A stretch of 63,341 nt of DNA, filler included, from Hyphochytrium catenoides (lineage: Eukaryota; Protista; Hyphochytriomycota), in the NCBI GenBank assembly GCA_900088475.1. It is 3 parts of 3 records of this genome, joined end to end, with 100 filler letters (N's around TTAATTAATTAA, not from the genome) between each part and the next. Parts side by side here need not be neighbours in the genome. Positions count along the whole stretch, not along the records: positions 35,496 to 63,341 come from FLMG01003383.1; 2 more parts are not named here. One strand, 5' to 3'. Position 1 is the stretch's first letter. Every line of letters begins with the position of its first letter. The translations under genes were made by a program, and so were the position numbers. Below the pieces are notes generated by a model. That model was not told where the DNA came from. It saw only the letters and a program-made list of their open reading frames with translations, and searched no databases. Positions 35,498 through 45,044 of this stretch are shown one piece after another.

Positions 35498-38218
35498 GCA
35501 GCCAACACAGCACAAGCTACAACTACCACTTCCGGTTCCGCTGTTGTCTCTGGTGGTCTTGGGGTGGCGCTAGATACGCGCCTGGGTGGCACAGTGTATG
35601 CTAGCCATACGGGGGACGCAACAAGCACGACGACTGGGTCACTGATTGTAAGTGGAGGAGTTGGAATTGCAAAGAGTGTGTTTATTGGTGGAGCCCTCAC
35701 AACCAACAGTGTGCTAGATGCAAGCGCAACGAACGTGGCCTCGATGGTCGTCTCTGGTGGCCTTGGGGTGGCTAAAGACAGCTACTTTGGCGGTACAATC
35801 TACGCTACCAACACAGGTGACTCTTCGAACTCAATGACTGGTGCTATAATTGTTAGTGGCGGACTTGGCGTGTATAAAAAGGCCTCTATCGGAGGAGTGC
35901 TTACGGCAGCCAACACTGCGGAGTCTACCGCTACGACTGTCGGTTCCGCAGTGGTGTTTGGAGGTCTTGGGGTTGCCAAAGACAGCTACTTGGGTGGGAC
36001 TGTGTATGCGACCAACACGAATGATGCTTCTACTTCAATGAGTGGAGCCATAATCACACGCGGTGGACTGGGCGTGTACAAGAAAGCATTTATTGGGGGT
36101 ATCCTGACTGCAGCCAACACAGCACAAGCTACAACTACCACTTCCGGTTCCGCTATTGTGTCCGGTGGGCTTGGGGTGGCGCTAGATACACGTCTAGGTG
36201 GCACTGTGTATGCTAGCCATACGGGAGACGCAACAAGCACGACGACTGGATCACTGATTGTAAGTGGCGGCGTTGGTATTGCAAAGAGTGTGTTTATTGG
36301 TGGAGCCCTCACAACCAACAGTGTGCTAGATGCAAGCGCAACGAACGTGGCGTCCATGGTAGTCTCTGGTGGCCTTGGGGTGGCTAAAGACAGCTACTTT
36401 GGCGGTACAATCTACGCTACCAATACAGGTGACTCTTCGAACTCAATGACTGGTGCTGTAATTGTTAGTGGCGGACTTGGCGTGTATAAAAAGGCCTCTA
36501 TCGGAGGAGTGCTTACGGCAGCCAACACTGCGGAGTCTACCGCTACGACTGTCGGTTCCGCAGTGGTGTCTGGAGGTCTTGGGGTTGCCAAAGACAGCTA
36601 CTTGGGTGGGACCGTTTATGCGACCAACACGAATGATGCTTCTACTTCAATGAGTGGAGCCATAATCACACGCGGTGGACTGGGCGTGTACAAGAAAGCA
36701 TTTATTGGGGGTATCCTGACTGCAGCCAACACAGCACAAGCTACAACTACCACTTCCGGTTCCGCTGTTGTGTCCGGTGGGCTTGGGGTGGCGCTAGATA
36801 CACGTCTGGGTGGCACGGTGTATGCTAGTCATACGGGGGACGCAACAAGCACGACGACTGGATCACTGATTGTAAGTGGCGGCGTTGGAATTGCAAAGAG
36901 TGTGTTCATTGGTGGAGCCCTCACGACCAACAGTGTGCTAGATGCAAGCGCAACGAACGTGGCGTCCATGGTAGTCTCTGGAGGTCTCGGGATTGCCAAG
37001 GACAGTTACCTGGGCGGAACGCTGTATGCGACAAACACCAACGATGCTTCCAATTCAATGACTGGAGCCATCATCGTCCGCGGAGGGATCAGTGTGTACA
37101 AAAACGCATTTATTGGGGGGGTGTTGACTGCAGCCAACACTGCGCAGGCTACAACTACCACTTCTGGTTCCGCTGTTGTCTCCGGTGGCCTTGGGGTGGC
37201 GCTAGATACGCGTTTGGGTGGCACAGTCTACGCCACTAATACGGGCGATTCCACAAGTACGACGACTGGGTCATTGATAGTAAGCGGCGGAGTTGGAATT
37301 GCAAAGAGTTTGTTTATAGGTGGAGCATTCACGACCAACAGTGTGCTAGATGCAAGCGCAACAAACGTGGCATCTATGGCAGTCTCTGGAGGTCTTGGAG
37401 TGGCTAAAGACAGTTACTTTGGTGGTACAGTGTACGCTACAAACACAGGAGAGTCTTCAAACTCAATGACCGGAGCAGTGATCATCCGCGGTGGACTCGG
37501 TGTATATAAAAAGGCATTTATTGGGGGTATTCTGACTGCAGCCAACAACGCGCAATCTACGGCTACCAATACCGGTTCCGCAATGGTGTCTGGTGGTCTT
37601 GGCGTAGCCATGGACACGTATATTGGAGGAACGGTGTATATTATGCATACTGGTGACTCATCCAGCACGACAACGGGTGCACTCATTGTGAAAGGAGGAG
37701 CGGGAGTTGCAAAGAATTCATTTATAGGTGGTGTACTTACAGCTGCCAATGCGTTAGACGCAAGTGCAACTAACGTGGCTTCCATGGTTGTGGCTGGGGG
37801 TCTTGGGGTAGCCAAAGACAGCTACATTGGTGGTGTTGTCCGCGCATTAGGTGGCATCGATGCGACAAGCTCTACAACCGGATCTCTGGTTGTGAGTGGT
37901 GGGATTGGCGTCCAGCAAAATAGTCACCTGGGTGGCGATCTGTACGTTGGCACCTCCTTGAAAGTAGCTGGTACCCCAGCGGACTCTACAGCCACAAACG
38001 CGGGCTCAATCGTTATCACAGGAGGACTGGGATTAAGCCAGAACCTTTACGTCGGAGGCTCCGCTGTCTTGGGTCAAAGACTCTACATTCCGCATGCGGG
38101 GGACATGTCCAACACCTATGGCTCCACCAGCTGCCAGAAGGGAGAGTTTCGGTTTGATGATACGTATGCCTACTTCTGCATTACCGGTGGTACTTACAAA
38201 GTGGTATCTCTCCTATGA
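35498..38218 (+). CDS. Intronless G/T/S/A-rich 34-aa tandem-repeat protein, viral/phage fibre-like (5'-truncated at contig edge)
   Basis: The frame is open from the contig start. About 25 units of consensus (S/A)TSTTTG(S/A)L(I/V)VSGG(L/V)G(V/I)AKxx(F/Y)(I/L)GGxxxxxxxxD, ending SCQKGEFRFDDTYAYFCITGGTYKVVSLL*. Confidence 0.85.
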   Translation, partial: AANTAQATTTTSGSAVVSGGLGVALDTRLGGTVYASHTGDATSTTTGSLIVSGGVGIAKSVFIGGALTTNSVLDASATNVASMVVSGGLGVAKDSYFGGTIYATNTGDSSNSMTGAIIVSGGLGVYKKASIGGVLTAANTAESTATTVGSAVVFGGLGVAKDSYLGGTVYATNTNDASTSMSGAIITRGGLGVYKKAFIGGILTAANTAQATTTTSGSAIVSGGLGVALDTRLGGTVYASHTGDATSTTTGSLIVSGGVGIAKSVFIGGALTTNSVLDASATNVASMVVSGGLGVAKDSYFGGTIYATNTGDSSNSMTGAVIVSGGLGVYKKASIGGVLTAANTAESTATTVGSAVVSGGLGVAKDSYLGGTVYATNTNDASTSMSGAIITRGGLGVYKKAFIGGILTAANTAQATTTTSGSAVVSGGLGVALDTRLGGTVYASHTGDATSTTTGSLIVSGGVGIAKSVFIGGALTTNSVLDASATNVASMVVSGGLGIAKDSYLGGTLYATNTNDASNSMTGAIIVRGGISVYKNAFIGGVLTAANTAQATTTTSGSAVVSGGLGVALDTRLGGTVYATNTGDSTSTTTGSLIVSGGVGIAKSLFIGGAFTTNSVLDASATNVASMAVSGGLGVAKDSYFGGTVYATNTGESSNSMTGAVIIRGGLGVYKKAFIGGILTAANNAQSTATNTGSAMVSGGLGVAMDTYIGGTVYIMHTGDSSSTTTGALIVKGGAGVAKNSFIGGVLTAANALDASATNVASMVVAGGLGVAKDSYIGGVVRALGGIDATSSTTGSLVVSGGIGVQQNSHLGGDLYVGTSLKVAGTPADSTATNAGSIVITGGLGLSQNLYVGGSAVLGQRLYIPHAGDMSNTYGSTSCQKGEFRFDDTYAYFCITGGTYKVVSLL
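35516..38100 (+). repeat. Coding tandem repeat: 102-bp unit organised into 612-bp and 408-bp higher-order repeats
   Basis: Near-identical segments 612 bp apart (e.g. 35850 vs 36462); six distinct 34-aa unit types. Confidence 0.9.
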
Positions 38219-38611
38219 TACATGTGAGATTGCTTATACGTAAACTCGATTGCCCGTTAAGGGCGTCATTGCTATCGATGTAAGCACCAGTGATACATCT
38301 GATTGTGTGGAAACTGGTAATGGAGATGCGAACAGAAATAGAGATCCTCCTTCTGCAGTCTTTTCCTAGCTCTTGATAGAGGCCCAAAGTCATTATACGT
38401 CCGATAGCGATAGCATGACAGCTTATACTCTTATACCTCGGGACAGGTTTTATGATATACTCATGCAAAGGACAGATGAGCTTCTGTACATTGGCAGATA
38501 TCACCTTGTGCCTAAAATTAGAATCATGACTAGGGAGTGAGCAAAGACGAGAAAAGAGGTAGATCTTTATGAAATTGCCACTATGATGGTCCTATCTTCT
38601 ATTATGATGGG

Positions 38612-39472
38612 CTAGAGGTCAGAGCCTGAGACGTTGCCATCGCTAACACTATCACAGTCGTGCATAGGTAACGTCTGGGAGGAAGAAGATGGAGAGAAAG
38701 TCCCTTCTTGCTCGTCGCTGCTGTCACTCGTCATGTTGTCGACCTTGGGGCTACCCTGCTCACTGCTAAAGATTTCCTTTTTGATCTTTGAAAACTTCGG
38801 GATGCCATGAGGGTTGTCAAGCATTTCCTTGAGCTTTGCTTCTAATGCACTAGCTTGTTGTCCGAACCTTACCCTCGGTTGGCCTTGAGACTTTGCTTCG
38901 GATGCCCTTAACGCTGCAATCGAGTTTCTCATGCTCCGAATCTGTCTATGGGGCCATCTCTTAATGCCGATTTGCCGACAGATTTTCTTGAGCAAGGTTG
39001 TGCAAATTCCTAGGTGCTTGGCAACATCTACTATGGGCATGTCGAAATAATTACGAAGCTCTTCTAGAGTGACGGGGGAGGCCGCCACCTTCCTCTGCAT
39101 GGGTATAGTTTCCAGCAAGGTAGCCCTGGTGGTCGTCTTAACGGGCACCCAAGCGGCTTTGCTAGAAGTAGATCTGGCTTTGGCGGCTTTGCTAGAGTGA
39201 GCTGGAGGAGATGGCCTGCTACGTTTCAATGAATTGGGAGATGAGGACCCCAGTCCTGAAAAAGAGCTGGTGAGTTCTGCATGCCGAAGGACGTGCCCTC
39301 CATCGTCCTTCTTATCAACCTTGCTCGGTACAGGATTGCCGACCATGTATGTGGAGTCTCCTCGCAAACGCAGCAAAGCAATGCATGTCATATAGTCTGC
39401 AGTATCGACACCGCTGCGCTTGAACTCCTCTTGGAAGGGGGTAGAAAGCTGATTGGCGATTGTCAGAGCCAT
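38612..39472 (-). CDS. RWP-RK domain transcription factor (single coding exon)
   Basis: VTLEELRNYFDMPIVDVAKHLGICTTLLKKICRQIGIKRWPHRQIRSM is a canonical RWP-RK domain (RWPHRQ variant) followed by a coiled coil. Confidence 0.92.
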   Translation of the reverse strand: MALTIANQLSTPFQEEFKRSGVDTADYMTCIALLRLRGDSTYMVGNPVPSKVDKKDDGGHVLRHAELTSSFSGLGSSSPNSLKRSRPSPPAHSSKAAKARSTSSKAAWVPVKTTTRATLLETIPMQRKVAASPVTLEELRNYFDMPIVDVAKHLGICTTLLKKICRQIGIKRWPHRQIRSMRNSIAALRASEAKSQGQPRVRFGQQASALEAKLKEMLDNPHGIPKFSKIKKEIFSSEQGSPKVDNMTSDSSDEQEGTFSPSSSSQTLPMHDCDSVSDGNVSGSDL

Positions 39473-41327
39473 GCTGCTAGCAACAGAGATGGTCGCTATG
39501 GGTCAAGCCTGCAGATCGGACTCTTGTAGGTTGATGCCAATGTCTTCACTTGTCCTATCTGCAGCTTGAAGACTCTGAAGCGAAAGCGACACTGAACCAG
39601 AACGTCGGTTGGGCAACCTGCTGACCAAGCAGTGAGGGTAAAAAAACGATTTGAGACATAGTGGTAGATGACTCTGGCAAAGAGCATCCCTTCACTCAAG
39701 ACGAAAGGACAGCCCATCATCATCCCATGCGCAAGGTCAAGCTAATGATATGAAGAGACAGGGGCTTCAAGGCCTGAGGATCAATCTGCTGTCCTAGGAC
39801 GATGGTGGATGATGATGGCAAGGAGGTTGGTTTCGCCAACCGATCAAATCCTTCTCCTATATCCTCCCCTCGAGCTATTCGTCCGTCCTGCTGTTCTTCC
39901 GTGCAGCGCTTTGCACTTCTGTTTACTTCTCTCGTTTACTGGCGCACACACTCTCTCTCTCTCGCTGGGCACCCGAGGGTGAGTGACTGGCAAAGAGCCT
40001 GGGTCTTTATGGCAGTAGATTGTCTTTTTCTCTGCTGGTCTCTTCCCTGAAGATGAACAAGCAAGAAACGGCCCGAAAAAGTCATTACGGGAGCGAATCT
40101 TCCCAAAACTTCATTTGGCTCCTTTGTATTAAGGAATAAACCGCATTACATGAGGGAATAAATAACAGGCAGTAGCCGGATATTCGGAACCGGGCCAGAA
40201 TCAGATGAAAGTTTACTCCGTATCTTTCATTCACCGTTGGTTACAAGCCATCATTCACTTGAGGCAGAGAGTCGAAACGACAATTCTGATCCTTCTCTTC
40301 TTCCTCCCCAGCCTCTTCTTTGGAGCAGCCATCGCTCTCTATCTCTCATCAAGTATCTCAACCTTGGACTCACCTTCTCCTCAACCTTCGCCTCCACTCT
40401 GGCGTTTGCTGAGTGCCTCGCACCTATGATCGCTGAAGGAGGCTTGGAAATGGATTAGTAGATTGTCTTTGCGTGTCTGTTGGCTTCGCACCTGGGTATG
40501 CTGGTGGCTTCAAACATCATAAAACCATCATCATATTGTTACCCTCATGTCAGTGACCCACGCCTATAGAGACAGCTACCTACTGGGGCGGCTGTGACTG
40601 GGCAGGTAGCGGTTTACTAAGGATAGCCTTTGTCACCTGTTGCTTGCTGACCCTCGTTCATGGGGCGCAACCCAGACAACGATGAGCCAATAGTGAAGTT
40701 AACTCTGGTTCAAGTTGGCCTTCTTCCTTGTGAGACAAAAGATCGCCCAGCTCGTGTCAGATGTACATGGACCCTTATCCGATCCCTCTGCTCTTGTTAT
40801 CCCCTCCAAATAACTCCAGGAGAGCTACGCCCTTCCTTGTATCGCCTAAGTACGACCGGCGCCATGCTGACGCTGGACTATTTCAGCAGTTACCCCATCT
40901 TCCTAGCCCCAGTTCTACTTTTTCCCAGTTCGTGAGGTCAGAGGTCTACTCGCTGGAAAGGTCTATTTCTCACGGTCGCGTGCTGGAACCAGTATCCCAG
41001 TAGGTCATATAGCCCCCGTGACCGAACTTGTTGGAGCGTAAAATACGGTCTATGCTAATTTGATACGGGAAAGCTCTTAATCCCCTGCGAACAGATCGAC
41101 TCGAGGATTGAACCATGCCATCAATAGGATGCTTTCGATAAGTCCAGCAAGAGTAGGAGCACACAGCGTTACACAGACAAATAGATCCTATTGGCAAGCG
41201 GGCGCCTATAGTAGAAAGAAAAGTCTATAGTCTTTGATTGCCTGTCGACGTGTCTGCAATGCTGTGACCGCCCGTCAGGTTACAATAAATAGATTTCTCA
41301 CAGAAGTACATCCCCCAGCTCTGACTC

Positions 41328-41969
41328 TTATCTAATCTGAAGCTTGGCCATCCCCGCCATCAGTCTCAGCATCCTGCTCGGTCNNNNNNNNNGCTGGGAG
41401 GGTATCCGAGCGCTCCGGTTATAGTCATCCGCAGTACCACAGATGTGGGGGCTATCGCTAAACTTGACCTTCTTTTTACCGATGAGTCCAGAACTTGCAG
41501 TTTCCTTGACTCTGTCATTTACAGACGAGGGCGCACGCTTCCTCTTACGCAAGCAGCTGGTCCCTTTGGTCTCAAGCGAACCGCTGCTTCCTTGGCCCTC
41601 AAGCTCCAGGTCTATCCGGGGGAAATATTCCGCCATTTGATTTGCCAAATGCAGCTTTAAAACACGGACAAAGCGAAGTATTTTTTCGGAGTCTGCAACC
41701 AGGCGTAAGGCATTCACGATATCCAAGCTGTATGTCCGCTCCTGCGCCATGGCTTTCTTCATCATAATATGCCTTTCAAGCACTCTAATCTCAGCCAAAG
41801 CCCGATCGAACCTTGCCTGTATACTGTCCTGTGATGCATCTGTCTTCAAGTTAGCCGTCGCTAACCCTGCTCTGAGCTGGTTGCTTCCATCGACAGCTAG
41901 AGTTGAAGCCATAACTTCTCCTTGGGCTAACGCGGACGAGGTTTCTGATGGGCCTTCGTAAGAGTTCAT
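41328..41969 (-). CDS. Hypothetical protein with coiled coil, basic NLS-like patch and PP1-docking-like motif (start uncertain)
   Basis: Long non-repetitive ORF (track 41328-42137; likely ATG at 41969, MNSYEG) containing RKRKR and KKKVKFSDSPHICGTADDYNRS; 9 Ns at 41384-41392. Confidence 0.5.
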   Translation of the reverse strand: MNSYEGPSETSSALAQGEVMASTLAVDGSNQLRAGLATANLKTDASQDSIQARFDRALAEIRVLERHIMMKKAMAQERTYSLDIVNALRLVADSEKILRFVRVLKLHLANQMAEYFPRIDLELEGQGSSGSLETKGTSCLRKRKRAPSSVNDRVKETASSGLIGKKKVKFSDSPHICGTADDYNRSARIPSQXXXXPSRMLRLMAGMAKLQIR

Positions 41970-43044
41970 GCCCTCACCACAATAGCCTGTGACTGAATCG
42001 TATCCATGAGCTCCAGAGACTCCAAATGTCCAATACACAGTTCCAGCTTCCGACTCTTCTTTTAGCGAGACAGCGGGCAGAAGCCCCGATAAGCGCTGAC
42101 TTCCACCACTTTGCACCCTCCCGCGGACCCAGAGCACCCTACTTGAGCCTTGTTCACCTCCTGATTAGGCCAATGGTCGTAGGAGGAGAAATAGCCCCTA
42201 TGTGTCTTTTTGTTACAGGGCTGCTGCTGGGTCAACTTGAGAAGTGAGCTGGCTTCAACAAGTCACAAGTGAGCATCTTCTCCAGCGGCGCTCTTCCTTT
42301 CTCCCCTTCCCTGGCTCGACTCATTTGGCGCTAGCCACGTTCATGTCACTTTCTCCATTAGCTCGACACCAGGTAGTTCTCCCTCCTACAATGTCCCTTT
42401 GTGCATCATATCTCGCTTCCTACTGTCACTCTTGGGCTGCATCATGCTCTCTGTCCAGCTAAACTTATACGGCTTTGTGGTGTGACCACCGTGCGAAGCC
42501 ATTGATGACTGACTGTGGTCAACACCTGACAGCAAGGCAGGAAAAAAGAATATATTCGAGGCAAGTGGCGACATGTGGGGAAACCTTCATCGCATGAACC
42601 TTTCCTTTCCGATAATTTGGGCGGTTCCTGAGTTATTCCCTTCCTTTGGGAAAGTTCTCAAATCTTCATTCCTACCCTCAAAGTTTCTGAGAAAGGAAGT
42701 CAGAAGAGTCCGGGGTTTATTCTGATAAGCTTGATAATCACAAATCAGTTACCATCACCTACACTTTACTACAGTAAAAAGTTCACCCAGGTACAACCAG
42801 TTCCCGCCAACCTTCGAAATTTGATAAAAGAAAGTTCGTGATGAAGTTTCTTCTGAAGCCTTATTTAGGTCGCGTGATTTAGATTTTTATCGGGAAGTTG
42901 GCGATGACAGTCTTTAACTGGGAATTGTGACGAGGAAGATCGAAGCTGCTTTGGCAAGGAGAAAACGGGCGCCACATTTGATTTGCTCTGACAGTCTTTG
43001 CCTTCAGCACGTGTCGTCTCAACGTTGTGGCTGAAAAGCGTGAA

Positions 43045-44895
43045 ATGGCAGCCTTTAGGAAGCTAAGGAGAGTGCCAGGCCTTCCACAGGAAGTAGTGGG
43101 AAAGCTGGCATTTCAGGGCGTTATCTACTTCAAGGTAGTCTTGCCTGTTCAATGTCATACTTGGCGCGACGCTAAGTGGTTTTTAGGACATATTAAAGAA
43201 ATCGGACTTCGAGCTTAGCCGGATGCTAGATTTGAACATATCTGAAGTGAAGGTAGGAGTAGCGGCTGCAGCAGGGAAAGGACAGCATGTCTGATTAGCA
43301 AATGCTAGGAGCTTATGCATGTCATTTACGGGGCCGTTGCACCAGTGTACGAGACGGTAAGCCCCACTATGCACTCTCCTGTGCGTGAATCAGGCACTGA
43401 CCAGATTTTAAGGCCTATGAGAAGTACTTGATGAGATCAGAGATGGCGACGGGACATCTTACAGGTCTGGAAACCCTAGACGACTCTCTTCGTGGCGGTA
43501 TACCAGCGGGATCCATAACTGAGGTAATCTTTGCTCCCTTGCTTATCTACCTTGGCTTTCCCTGATACGCGGGGGTTCGCAGTTGGTTGGAGCCGCGGGA
43601 GCAGGAAAGACGCAGTTTTGCCTAATGATGAGTGCCTTTGTCGCCCTCCGAAGTCTCGATGAAGAGAAAAGCCAAGCAGTCCTCTACTTTGACACTGAGA
43701 AGAAGTTTAGTGCTGCAAGGTATATTCTGTCCTTAGGTTCAATGGATATGGGTTGGTTATTCTTTGCTCAGACTTTTTAATTGGCAGATTCATGGAGATT
43801 ATGCGATGCAAACATGGACTTTCGAACAGAGAACAAGTTGAGAAAATGTGCCGAGAAGTCCGCGTCGTCCAAGTCGATGCGGCCAGTGACCTCATTGATC
43901 AGTAAGGAAGTCTCGTCAATCTATAGATGATTCCACCACTCTTGCTGACCTTCCCGCCCGAAGTATCAGTCAAATCGAGACTACAATTATTGACAGCAAT
44001 ATCAAGCTTATCGTTCTCGACTCTATAGCTGTCGTGCTGAGAAAGGTGAATTATAACTTCTATATCTTGGAGCCTGGTGCTTACGTAACACCTTGTCTAT
44101 AATAGGAGTTTGGCAACGATACTTTGTTGGAACGGCAGGAGTTGATGAACAAGATTGCCAGCAGCCTGAAGTAGGTAGCTGGAGGCAGGAATGAGAAGTT
44201 GAAATGCGGGGGCTAAATAATGGGTCGAACCTCTCAATTTAATGTGCTCCTTGTCAGGTGTGTCGCTGAGACTTTCAAAATACCGGTGCTGGTCACCAAC
44301 CAAGTGACCACCAAGCCGTCAGAAGGTGAGCTTTTTACTTGAGGAGGATCTAGTGCCCGAAAGTGGATAGAAGAAGAACTAGTTAGATGTTTAGAGTTGA
44401 CAGAATTCCGTAGAAAAAGCAGCCCAAGGAGGGAGGATCACTTCGGTCAGTAGCTAATAGTGACTACATGGCAGGCATAGACTCAAGCTCATCTGTATTA
44501 AGCCCTGCCCTCGGCAACTCGTGGTCCCACTTCGTCAACACAAGGGTAAGTAGGCGTTGGTCGATCTGAAGAAGAGAAATGGCGATGAGGCTTACAAGGT
44601 TGCTCATCTGCGGTTCTAGATCGTTCTAGAGGATTTCCTTGAGTACAGACGAATGAGGGTAGAGAAGTCGCCAGTTTCGGCGAAGACGAGGATCTACTTT
44701 CGAATCCAGGTATGATGAAGCAGATGTTACATACTGCTCCGACGGAGTGCGTTGCGATTTAGATAATCTGACAGCGCTGATCAGGCCAACGGCTTGGTAC
44801 AGATTCAGCCACCTGCCCTTGATAGACACAAAGGTTCGGGAATATCATCTGTTGCTCGTCTGGACAAGGTGACAGGTACGACGGGAGCGTCATAG
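43045..44895 (+). CDS. RAD51B: DNA repair protein RAD51 paralog B, many short introns
   Basis: MAAFRKLRRVPGLPQEVVGKL; TGLETLDDSLRGGIPAGSITE|LVGAAGAGKTQFCL (Walker A); LYFDTEKKFSAAR; KLIVLDSIAVVLRK|EF (Walker B); IPVLVTNQV; PALGNSWSHFVNTR; VEKSP. Confidence 0.88.
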
Positions 44896-45044
44896 ACTGC
44901 CGCCCGAACCGCCTTCTAAGTGCTCCCCAGCTTCGTCCAATCCACGCTGGAATGTTGCTAAGGAGATACCCAACGAGAACATTAACCCACAACGACGCGA
45001 AAGTATGACGGGAGCCCTGGGCTCGGAGAACGCCTCTCCTAGCG

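Noticed and set aside
35440-37815. Antisense ORFs over the repeat gene
   Set aside because: Shadow frames of the + strand repeat ORF.
35516-38100. 102-bp periodic repeat as a CRISPR array or satellite
   Set aside because: No repeat-spacer alternation; it is a continuous ORF with mainly synonymous variation.
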